A stretch of DNA of 33,455 bases, from the NCBI GenBank assembly GCA_943704425.1, contig CALSCP010000445.1, positions 1 to 33,455 on the forward strand, written 5' to 3'. Numbering within the stretch: position 1 is the first letter of the stretch; each line of letters opens with the position of its first letter. A program made the translations under genes and the position numbers. The DNA is from Ministeria vibrans ATCC 50519. Taxonomy: Eukaryota; Protista; Filasterea. Positions 23,113 to 33,455 of this stretch are shown in pieces. Below the pieces are notes generated by a model that worked only from the letters and a program-made list of their open reading frames with translations, searched no databases and had not been told where the DNA came from.

Positions 23113-25058
23113 TCATATTTTGTGGTGCCGGGCAATCTCTCCTCCAAGAATTTCAATTTGTTCCTTGGAAAAATAACGAATCAGATTGTTCAACAATCAC
23201 AAATAAAATGATATTATACTTTGAGATGAATATTGCTCAGGATAGTGCTCTCGAGGACCGATTGCATTCGCTGGTTGATTTCCAACGAGAGCTCGAGGGT
23301 CATGGACGAATCCTAAACATACAATGGAGTCTCGATAAGACTGCACAAACGGGATACAAATCGCAATGTTCAATTCAATGACCTTGCGCTGAGCGTTGAG
23401 AATAGAGGCACGAATGCTCTTCGTCTTGGCGGCACGCAGGCGGTCGACGTCGGCAGCGGGACTGGTGAGAGTAGAGGGAAGGGCGGTGGCGGGACCATGA
23501 GTGGCCGTGGGAGCAGCGGCAGTCGTGGCGGGTGCGTCCGAAGAGGCGCCCACCAGAAGCGCCTGGACGACACGCTGTTTGTCGCGCACTTCCAACTGCA
23601 GTGTCTCGGTATGTTCGCGCAGAACGGATTTTTGGCGTTCGCTTTTGCGCAGCTGTGTTTGCAGTTGGGCAACGCGTTGCAGAAGCATTTTGTTGTCTTC
23701 GTCAAGCTGAAGCAGTTCAAAGGAGGCGTCACGCGCAACGGAAGGCGCTGTTGATGCCAGGGGAGGCGCAGAAAGAGCCTTGTGAGAGACAGGAGAAAGG
23801 GATGGAGAAGGTTCATCATCGTCGTCGTCGTCGTCATTGTCGTCGTCATTGCCGTCGTCGCACAGGACAGGGAGGGTGGCAGCTTCACTCCCGGCCAAAA
23901 AAGGGCTAGGGAGCGTGGGCGGAGAAGACGTAGGGCGCCCTGGCGTCGACTTGGACGCCAACTTGTTGTCTGATACATTCGATGCTATCCCCTTGGCACT
24001 GTCGATGTGTGGCACAAGAAGAATGTCAGCAGTGGACGCGACTGCTTCGTTAAGTTTGCGTTCGCGAGCCAATTCCCGTTTCAGTTCGCGTGTCTGATTT
24101 CCCGCACGTTTCGCTGCGAGCACTGCATTTTCGCGCTCTTCGTCGACTCGTTGCTCCAGTGTTGCAACTCCTTCCTGGGCAGTGACCAGAAGTGCGCGAG
24201 TTTCCTCAAGATCCTTGTGGAGCGCTTGCAACTGAGCCTGAGCCAAGTCGCGACTCTCGCGCAGCTCCTTCTGCTCGCTTCGCAAGCTTGTGACGTCCCG
24301 GCGCGAGTTTTGTAGTGCACGAGCAAGATCGTCTGCTTGTCCACGTGCACTCTCAGCGGCCTCTTCGCTTGCATCAAGCTCCGTTTGTGTTCGAGTGGCG
24401 CGCTGCAATGCCGCTTCGAGTTTGGCGGACGCCGCTTCAAATTGAACGCGTAGCGTTCGTTCGTCCTGGCGTGCCGTCTCGGCCTCGCGTCGCGAGCCCA
24501 ACAAGAGCTGGTTGACACGCTCAAGCTCCTCGGTACGCGACTTCATCAGGGCATCAAGTGACTCGTCAGCGAGCAACTTCGCTTTGAGTCGCTCAATCTC
24601 ATCCTCGAGTTCGCTCGTACGCTGAGCACTCTGTTGGACTCGTCGTTCGCTGGCCTGCAACTCTTCATCGGATCGACGTGTTTGGTCGCCGCCAAGCGAC
24701 ATGAGCTCCTGCACCGACTCCAATTCATCGCACGTTTGCTCGTGCGTTCGAGTGAGCGTCGCCAATTTCTTCTCCAGCTCGTCGCAACGTCCACGCCACT
24801 CGCCTGCCGTGCGGTCCTCGGCATCTTTCACTTGAGTGACCATTATTTGGTACTGTTTGCGCAAGAGACCGCCTTCTTCTCGACTCTATCAGATGGATAA
24901 GTGTTGAAACCCTCTAATCGAATGATCGTTATTATTACTTCGCGCAGCTTCGCCTGAAGCAAAGTGGCGCTTGCTACTGCTTCATCGCGTTCCGCTTCCA
25001 CCTTTTTTAACTTGTTTTCAGTCCATTGCAGCTTTATTGCGTCCTTGCTAGCGGCCAT
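23113..25058 (-). CDS. CCDC186: Coiled-coil domain protein 186 homologue. Exons 25058-24939, 24885-23383, 23312-23220, 23163-23113
   Basis: IKLQWTENKLK and C-terminal [38 protein letters not shown] match the CCDC186 signature segments as I recall them; long coiled coil in between. Confidence 0.82.
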
Positions 25059-25178
25059 GGGTATTAATTATAAAAAAAATGTTAAATGATTCATGAACTA
25101 ATTTTTACAAAGTGTACTCAAATTGAGATGAGCGATCTCAATGCAACGAAGGCATTGAAATATCATCTACGCATCGTT

Positions 25179-25357
25179 TCAAAAGAAGAAGGTTTCGTTG
25201 CGCAAGGACGTCTCGTTGCGCACACAGAGAGAGTCGACAGCAATGGCGTTTGGGTCGGGAATGAGCGTAATCACAGTGGACGCCTATAAAAATGAAAAAA
25301 AAATATAATGATCATTATTATTAGTAATAAGAATAAGAATAATAATAGTAATAATAA

Positions 25358-25393
<36 letters not shown>

Positions 25394-27012
25394 ATTAATA
25401 TTATTACTCACCACAAAGAAGAAGCAGCCAAGGAAAAATAGAGAGAGCGCAAAGCCATTTCGCATGTCGCAGAAGGGACGGCCGCGACGAACGCGAATTT
25501 TGACGTAGATGGCTGAGGGAAGAATGAAAGAGATCATGGTGCTGGCAGTGGCACCGGCAATGCCAAAGACGAGCGACACGTCGGTGACAAGCATAGCAAT
25601 GGCAAAGGCAATGCCCACTAGCACAGTCGCAACAAGAATGTGGCGCAGACGCGAATAGGGTCGAGAGCGGAAAATGAGCTTGTCGATGGTGGAGCGGCAG
25701 GGGTGGCACATGACTGAAAAATAAAATATTCGTCCGTCATAACAGTGATCGTATAATATATGAATATTATAATAATAATTATGTATATATAATAATATAT
25801 GAATATATATAAACGTACGTGGAAAGCTAAGCATGATGACAATGGCGACGGCGACACGGCCGGCGGTAACAAGTGGGTCGCCCACTTCGTAGTTGATCAG
25901 AAAATTACCCTGAACCTCATCAAAGAAAGTCAGGTAGCCAAAGGTACCAACGAGACCGTAGATGACAAGACACACAATGAAGGAAAGGTACACGACGGCG
26001 TGAGCGCGACGAGGAACGGTGCTGCCGCGCAACTCACGCATGATAGGAAAGACATTCATTTGACAGGTGAAGGCAAACGTGATGATGGGCACGGCTCGGA
26101 AGAGACCCACGTTGGGCGCCGCCCATACCACGCAACCTCTCTCCGCCTCGCAGTCTAGCACCTCATTGATTCCAAGTTCGCGAACCGCCTCGATAAGTAC
26201 CACAGCAACCAGGTAGAGAATAGCGATGACGGCCACCGACGAAGTGTACGCAAGCGTCGAAATGTTTCGCAAATAGCTCAAGGGCAAGAGAACCACCAGC
26301 GAGCAGATGATGCTGAAACGACGGTCCGCAAGAAAAACACAAAAATCGCCGACCCAGTCGCCAATGAGAGGCGACATCATATCACCAATGATAATAAAGT
26401 AGCTCACCATGACGCCAAAAGTCGCAATGACCACACTCACGTCAGTCACGTAAACGCCCACCTTGCCAAATGCCTCGTACGCAATGCCTTGGTAGTGTCT
26501 GCGGTGTTCCGGCACGGCCCGACCACTTTTAAGCAACATGCGCACTGAGTAGATGCCGAGCGAGAAGGTGAGCGCAAGCAAAATCAGACCCACAGCCAGA
26601 CCGGCACTGTGGAAGGCATAGGGTAGCGAGAGGATGCCGCCACCAATCACCGTATTGGTAAGGTTGAATACAGACAAGGCAATGCCAGTGGTGGGTGCGT
26701 CCGTGACGACAATGGAGCTCTCAATGGCGATCGGTTCTGTGTCATGCAGTGCAGGCGTCTCTTTCGTCTCGCCAAAAAAATCATCTGCAGTCGCGTCTGC
26801 GCGCGGCATGAGGAGGACGTCGTCGTCGTCGTCGTTATCGTCAATCACGTTGCCATCTATCAAGCAACGAAAGAGAAAAGAGAAAGAGGGAGGGCATGAG
26901 AACGCGGAAGAGGGACTGGAAAAATGCGTCAACCAAGTGGTATGGTCTCGTGATCGGTTCCAGACGGACGCCTACGATCCAGCAGACCCCTTCGTTCATC
27001 ATCGTAAGACAT
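25179..27012 (-). CDS. Amino-acid transporter, SLC38/AVT (Aa_trans) family. Exons 27012-26934, 26856-25819, 25713-25412, 25283-25179
   Basis: SVFNLTNTVIGGGILSLPYAF, FAFTCQMNVFPI, GYLTF, GATASTMISFILP; many transmembrane segments. Confidence 0.93.
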
Positions 27013-27216
27013 AATGTCAAAATGATGAGAATATAATGCGGTTTGCTCGGTTATTTCCGCCGAATCGCCGGAAGTTGGAAATGGACGAATAAAACCAATC
27101 GAAGAAGTGGTGCAATTCAGAATTTTTATTCTCAAAAAAAAAAAAAAAAAAAAAAGACGTATTAATTATTATATTTTTCACCTTTCAGTCACGAAATAAT
27201 CAATAAGGAAAAGAAT

Positions 27217-28185
27217 TCAATCGTACAAATCAAAATCAACACGAGCAATGGGATAAAATTCGGTTCGATCGGCCCGTCGACACCAGACGGGCTTACTGTC
27301 AAATGCACCCGTGTCCTTCCACGAGGACATTTGTGCATTGGTAAAAGGGCCAAAAACCTCGGCATCGTCCGCGTCCGCCAAACGATACACCCAGTACATC
27401 ACACCTTTGGCAGCCGCTGCACGCATTTCCACGGCCGCCAGGATCTTCTCTCGTGTATCATCATACACCGAGGTCGTTCCCCGCTGCAGAAGCGTGTCTG
27501 CAAGCTCGGTCACCCGCACAAACGCCGCCTGTTTGTCCTTGGCCGCTGCCTCGTCCACAGGCGTGCATTTCTTGTCCCGTTTCGCCGCCTGAAGACGTCG
27601 CTCCTTGGCAGTGCGTGCCTTTTTCTCGGGGCGAAGTCGATTGAGAGCCTACATAGGCGAGCGCAGCTAACTGTCAGAAAACATAGGCACCGTGAAACAG
27701 ACCAACCTTGAACACGGTCTCATTCGCAAGCAGTAGCTCAGCCAACTCGGAGAGCAGCTCGTCGTCGGGTTTGCCTGCATCCTTGGCGTCCTCCTCGTCG
27801 TCGTGCATCTCTTCGCCAGCATCGTCGTCGTCGCCCAATGAGTATGCGCTCAGAGCAGTCTGGCGCACATCAGATGTCTCCAAATTGTCTGCCCACTGGT
27901 CGCGCACGGAGTTCTTCTCGGCAAAGTAATTTCCCTGCAAAATAAAGAGGAAAACGAAACAGAGTTAAGAAAAATTACTAAAACATGTTCTCTCAAATTT
28001 GCTCTTTCTCCTTTGTCACTTTGATTTGTTCTCGTTCTCGCTCTCTCTACCACCTTGTTTCTATCTTCTCTATCACCTTTTCTTACTCTCTATCAATTGA
28101 TCCTCTATCAATTGTTTCTCTCTCTCTATCACTTTCTGTATCTCACTCTTTCTCAAACTCGCTTTCTCTCTCTCTCTCTATTACT

Positions 28186-28241
<56 letters not shown>

Positions 28242-28245
28242 TACT

Positions 28246-28282
<37 letters not shown>

Positions 28283-28370
28283 NNNNNNNNNNNNNNNNNN
28301 NNNNNNNNNNNNNNNNNNNNNNNNNNNNNNNNNNNNNNNNNNNNNNNNNNNNNNNNNNNNNNNNNNNNNN

Positions 28371-28465
<95 letters not shown>

Positions 28466-28979
28466 GTGCCACTTAGTTTTCCACAATCTGTTACCGCTGC
28501 ATCAAAACGCCCTTCTTCCATCTCCTCCTCAAGGTTGAATGCTGTCATTTTGTACCCAGAGTCATCTGCGTCCTGCACAAGATGGAGTGGGTGACAATAG
28601 TATAAATAGTGACGGGGCAGAGAGACATTCGAACCTTTGAGAGTCGTTCTTGTGCATCAAGCACCTCACTCGAGAGACCCTTTTTCGTTTGCTTCGACGT
28701 CTCGTCGACGTCGTCGCCGTCGTCCTCGTCCTCATCACCAAACTCCCGTCGTTGTAATCTTGTGGGTTTGGCTCGCCCATCTTCGCCGATAGAAGTCTCA
28801 TCGTCACTATCTTCACCCTCAAACTTATGTCGTCGTTTCTCTGAATGGATGTGTGTGCGTGTGTAAGAACGTTTTAAACAATAATCATGCACCGAAATTC
28901 CAATTGGCGTCGTACTCAGATCAGGCTCATATTCTACAACCTCTTCAGAATCGTTGAAGGTGACCTTTCTCTTCGGCAT
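27217..28979 (-). CDS. CD2BP2: U5 snRNP 52K / CD2BP2 (Lin1) GYF-domain protein. Exons 28979-28916, 28840-28635, 28572-28495, 27934-27707, 27648-27217
   Basis: MPKRKVTF, AFNLEEEMEEGRFDAAGNYF, ETVFKALNRL, and a C-terminal GYF domain (W.Y...GPFTNAQMSSW...RVDFDLY). Confidence 0.92.
27990..28462. repeat. Compound (TC)n microsatellite with TAT(C/T)ACTTTGTTT units in CD2BP2 intron 3 (contains an N-gap)
   Basis: Directly visible. Confidence 0.95.
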
Positions 28980-29104
28980 TACAGCGAAATGTATTAAAAT
29001 GAAAATAATTAGTCAAACTTTTGATCTTTCGTTCTTGTTCACTGCTGTTCTCCTCCGGCGACCTCGACCGGGCCGTTATTGTCTAAATCTAACAGTAGAG
29101 AGAG

Positions 29105-30367
29105 ATGGGGAAGAAGCGTAAACACCAGCAACCGGAGAAGGAATCCATTTGGTGCTTGTAAGTTGTCTTGACACGTCCATCGTCGCCTGATCTCCTGCTC
29201 GTTCTCTTCCCACCCTAGCTATTGCGATCGTGAGTTTGACAGTGAAGAAATCCTCGTCGAACATCAGCGCGCTCGTCACTTCAAGGCAAGCAGAAGGGTC
29301 CTCATCCCTTGGCCCTTGAAGGAACTGCCCGCTCCAACTGACGCTGCCGTCTTCTTCTCCCGCATCTTCTAGTGCTCATTTTGTCACAAAAAGCTACACT
29401 CCGCTGCTGGGCTCGTGACGCACACGCAGAATGTACGCATTCTGATCCTTTTTTTTTTTTTTTCTGATATGATTCTCTTGTTTCTTGCACAGCTCCACAA
29501 TGAGAAAATAACCACCGTTCCCAATGCGCTGAAGGGGCGACAGTCGTGCGAACTCGAGATCTACGGCATGTCGGGCATTCCTGATTCGATGCTGGATCCA
29601 GCTGTTGCAGAAAAGAAGAAGCAAGAAGAGGCACAAAAAGCCGCTGCGACCGCCGCTCAAACTGCCGCCGCCTACCACCCTCCCTGGGGCGGACCGCCAC
29701 TGCCACAAGCTCAACAGCCCAATTTTCATGCCCCTCCCACGATGATGATGCCACCACAGCAAATGCCTCCACCATGGGGCGCACCGCCCAACCCTTTCAT
29801 GCCAGCTCCTCCGCCACACTGGCCTGGTGCTCCCCCGCCCGGCTTTCCCGGCATGCCTCCAATGGGAAACTTTATGCCTAATCCAAACATGATGATGCCT
29901 AATCCAAACATGATGATGCCTAATCCAGGCATGGGGATGCCTCCAAATATGATGCCGATGCCGCGACCCCCCAACATTCCTTCGTTTGTCCCCCCTCACG
30001 CGGCCCCCCACACAGAAGACGGAGTGGGTGTTGCGGTCGCGGGCACTGCAAATGATACAGTGTTGATGGCGCCGCCACCCGAAGGCTGTGCCAATCCGAT
30101 CGACTCAAGTGGAGGAGACGGTGCACCTTCGCCTGCAAATGTCGGCCCTGCTGCTCCCGAGCCAGCTGCCCCTGAGCCAGCACCTGCTGTCAAACAGCCC
30201 GGAATCGACAAGGACCGCTTTATTCTCATGTGTGAAAGCGAAGAGCTTTCAATGGTCAGAAATCGAGTTTGTTCAACTATTGTGCAATGGCTCTTTCGTT
30301 AAATTCTTGCTCTTTTGTCTTTTTTCTTTAGGAGGAACTTCGTGCGCAACTCACCAAGTACAACTGA
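29105..30367 (+). CDS. ZNF207: BuGZ / ZNF207 zinc-finger protein. Exons 29105-29157, 29219-29285, 29373-29432, 29493-30254, 30332-30367
   Basis: MGKKRK...[33 protein letters not shown]...H...H...VPNA...ELEIYGMSGIP, a Pro/Met-rich middle and C-terminal ELSMEELRAQLTKY. Intron 2 is GC-AG. Confidence 0.95.
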
Positions 30368-30876
30368 GGATGAAGTCGTACATTTGTATATGTCAGTGTG
30401 TGGAGTGTGTGTGGAGAGAGAAGAAAAAAAAGACATAGTCGAAGACACAAAAGAAAAGATGAGTGGTGAAAAGGGAGTTAGTGTGAATGTACTATTAACG
30501 TTTGAGCAACTTGAGTGAAGAACCAAAAAAAGAAAAAAAAATACCAACACTGCAATGCTGACTGACCCAAGAAAAAACACAAACCATTAAAGATGAGATT
30601 ACTCGGCGCAAATGAATGCGTCACCTTGCCAGTTGTGAGTTGACCGAGATTGGAATGAAACGGTATCAAAAATTAATGAAGAAGACATTAATAAAATTAA
30701 TTATTATTATTAATTTTTGTATTTTATATATTTTGACCTTTTTCTGGACTCTGTTTTTTGCCCACATCGAGTGGTTTATATTTTTTTCATGATGATTCCA
30801 AAATTAATAATAATAAAAAGTGATTACTCACTCAGATCAGCCAGTGAGTGAGTGATAGCCTCACACATTTTTTGAA

Positions 30877-32142
30877 ATGATGCACCCCATCTTCATCCTT
30901 CTAGCCGCTAGCCTCACTTCCGTCCAGGCACACCAGTACTTTGCGTGTCTCCACGCCGAAGCGTGTCCTTATGAGAGCGTCACGAGCAAAGATCTTGCAT
31001 TCTGCAACGCCCCTTTTGAAGGACACAAGTTCATCGAGCTTACTGATCAGTTGAGCAACACGGCTGTGTGTGCTCGTTGCCAGTTTCAACCCATTGTAAG
31101 CGCGTTCATTTATAATGAATTTATAAAGATTCAATAAAAGTTTTGAACCTAAAATAATTTTCCTTCGAAACTGTCTCTCCCCAAAACTTAGATGCGATAC
31201 GAGCTGATCGGAGAGCATGTTGACCATGGCGCTGGTGTTGTCGTGTGCCGTGGAGAGCTGCCTGAAAGCACCGAGACACGCGCGTGCAGCGAATTTTTGC
31301 CCATTTCTATTTTGACAACATTCTCAAGTGCCGGCAAACGAGCCCTTTCTTTCCACGTCGCAACTACCGTTGCCGACGCGACAAAGCGTTCGTGGTTGGA
31401 GTGGACCGACACGGAGAAGAATAGTGCAGTCCTGCATATTCAGCTGCATACGTCGTCGTTCAGTGACGCCTACAAATTTGACGCCCTCTCTGCTGAAAGG
31501 TTTGAAAACCCCCCATTCCTGACCCTCCCTCACCTTCTATTCCTTGGCGCCTCTGTGAAATCAGTATTGACTTATTTGAATGTGGAATTAAGTATCCATC
31601 ACTCGACTAACGAGCTCCTAAACAAACCATGAAACATGTTGATGGCGAAGCAAAGAAGAAGCAAAGATTGATAATAATAATAATTATTATTATTAATTAT
31701 TATAATTTTATTACTTTTGTTATCGTGCTTTTGTTGTTGATCTCGTGACTGTACCATGATTACATTGGTTGTATTCTTATTATTATTATTATTATGAGAA
31801 TTATTATTATTATTATGAGAATTATTTTTATCTATGGTGACAGTCGTCATTCTTTGTAAAAGTCTTAATTGATAATAATTCATAATTTATTTTTACATTC
31901 CTGCTTGTAGCATACTGGAAGTGGACAAGTACAATGAACTGATTGATGGTATCCATGGCGTGACGGATCACGGAGGTGACAAAGACCATCTAAATCCATG
32001 CCGACAGAGAACTGCCCATCACAGCTTGCGCCGTCTCATTCGCGACGTTGCGGTATCGCTGTTTGGCGACGATGTCATGAAAAGTGTTAAATTTAATCTT
32101 GCCCGATACGCCCGTCAGCCCGAAAAATGTTCGAACACTTGA
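30877..32142 (+). CDS. Uncharacterised ~261-aa secreted protein. Exons 30877-31095, 31192-31499, 31565-31591, 31911-32142
   Basis: Signal peptide MMHPIFILLAASLTSVQA and several cysteines. Three ORF fragments join in phase when a 27-nt micro-exon with GT-AG boundaries is used. Confidence 0.7.
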
Positions 32143-32238
32143 AGAAACAACCTACATTCAAAACAAATTAATACACTCGAAAGACAGTAATAGTTACGAA
32201 GAAGAAAAATAATAATTAATAATGGGTTTTTGGAAGTC

Positions 32239-32260
32239 CTAGGGTTAGGGTTAGGGTTAG
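32239..32260 (+). repeat. Telomeric repeat tract CTAGGG(TTAGGG)2TTAG
   Basis: Directly visible. Confidence 0.9.
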
Positions 32261-32730
32261 ATGGACGGGAGGAATGCCCAGCGTTTGTATCAGCAATGAC
32301 AGAGCTGGTACGCAGTTGTGTTCGACTGCGTCGAGCTCCATCGCGTGCCAAGAGCTTGCTCGACTGGCATGTGCTTTCTCTGTGCTGCGTCAAGTGTTGA
32401 GTGATCGTGGCGCCTGGCGTCAGTCGTGGATGCCCTCTCGGGGGTGTTTGCTAGCAGCGCTACAAACACCTGGGGTGCCAGCACCACCGTGCGCGAGACT
32501 CGCGCCCCTCGCCAGGTGCTGAAGCAGGCCCGCTTGCAGTGCCTGCGCCTGGTTGGCGACGGTGGTTGGTTGGTGCCGAGCTCGCCGTCTACTTAGTCAC
32601 ACCAGTGCCCAGCGGTGCAAATTGCGGCGCTCTTGCCAGTCTTCTGAGATCCTTTGTCGACCGTCGGTTTTGCAGGAGATGCAGCTCGTCATATTTCCCT
32701 GACTCAATTTCAACAACAACAAAAAGAAAA
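32261..32730 (+). mobile_element. Probable severely 5'-truncated non-LTR retrotransposon copy (ORF end + 3' UTR + tail), or a non-autonomous element
   Basis: Bounded by TTAGGG tracts on both sides, GC-rich with hairpins, ends in CAACAACAACAAAAAGAAAA, and begins with a short frame xDGRNAQRLYQQ*. Confidence 0.5.
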
Positions 32731-32747
32731 TCGGGTTAGGGTTAGGG
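32731..32747 (+). repeat. Telomeric repeat tract TCGGG(TTAGGG)2
   Basis: Directly visible. Confidence 0.88.
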
Positions 32748-33455
32748 TCACGGTCGTGCTCTCCGATGGCTCTGGGTCTGCTCTGTGACGTTTTGTTGGT
32801 GCGCGAAGAGTTTCACGCCAAGACGGAGGTTTTGCACGTTAAGGCACATGTGACGGATCGTGTTCGGACGCGTGAGGAGGAGTGGAACGAGCGTGCTGAT
32901 GGGATTGCTCGCGGTGGTCTTGAGCGTTTGCGTGGCAATATGGAAGGGAACAATGAGTATTTGGCAGAGCTGGCAATGCGTTGGGACTGGTGTGCGTTAC
33001 TGGGGTCGACGCCAATCAGTGGCGTGTGCATTCGCTTGGGTTGCGATGGCCGGGACCGTCGAGTGGAGCGCGCGGATGCCGGAGCGGCCAATCAGGTGCC
33101 TGTTGATAGGGCTGGTGCTACTGCCGGTCTAGATTTGCAGGATCATAATGCAAAACGACTGTTGAAGGACGTGCAACGTGATCGACTGTGGCGTGCGATG
33201 TCGGGCCATGTGCACCAGGGCAAGGTCGTTCGGGAGTCTGGTCATGAGTGGGTCAGGAGTGTGACAAGTAAGGTGGAGTGGAACGTCCGTCGTTTTCTTG
33301 TGCGTCTATGCTGTGGTCGATTGCCATGCGCTGCGGTGCAAAAGGAGCGGAAGCTACGGGACTCAGCGTTGTGTCCTGAATGTGGCGACGAAGATGAAGA
33401 TGTGGACCACATGTTTGCGTGCACTGCATCTGGGGTTAGTGGTATAGAGCGCGCC
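32748..33455 (+). mobile_element. 5'-truncated non-LTR retrotransposon ORF: RNase H C-terminal part and CCHC (zf-RVT-like) finger, open to the window end
   Basis: 236 stop-free codons containing EVLHVKAH...WNERADGIAR (RNase H His/Asn/Asp motif) and RRFLVRLCCGRLP...LCPECGDEDEDVDHMFAC (C-x2-C...H-x3-C). Confidence 0.85.

Noticed and set aside
31592-31910. GTATCC donor resembling a U12-type 5' splice site
   Set aside because: It reads GTATCCAT rather than GTATCCTT, and no TCCTTAAC-like branch site lies near the acceptor.
31990-32151. Minus-strand frame containing FFGLTGVSGKIKFN
   Set aside because: It is short and antisense to the in-phase last exon of the secreted-protein gene.
1-33455. Stop-codon reassignment as an explanation for the fragmented ORFs
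   Set aside because: Every break is explained by in-phase spliceosomal introns under the standard code.
1-33455. CRISPR arrays, tRNA or rRNA genes
   Set aside because: I saw no repeat-spacer periodicity, cloverleaf or rRNA-like sequence; isolated GTTCGA words lack tRNA stems.

Overview
Eukaryotic, gene-dense, intron-containing DNA. The gene content (CCDC186, calpain-15/SOL, a CCDC50-like gene, ZNF207) and the many ~55-60 nt introns suggest a unicellular opisthokont, possibly a holozoan (inference). I built 13 spliced protein-coding gene models by hand in the standard genetic code, with about 45 introns: an aldo-keto reductase (partial), a saposin-B/purple acid phosphatase fusion, EIF3B, PSMB7, a ~2515-aa polyproline/charged-helix protein, a CCDC50-like gene, RPP30, CAPN15, CCDC186, an SLC38-type transporter, CD2BP2, ZNF207 and an orphan secreted protein. 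The most notable part is the last 1.2 kb. About 100 nt after the last gene lies the series (TTAGGG)n, a ~470-nt structured unit with a (CAA)n/A-rich tail, (TTAGGG)n again, and a 5'-truncated open frame encoding the RNase H C-terminus and CCHC finger of a non-LTR retrotransposon. That frame is missing from the ORF track because it runs off the window. The arrangement looks like the inner edge of a telomere-repeat-targeted retrotransposon array. All family assignments come from motif recognition only; no database search was run.
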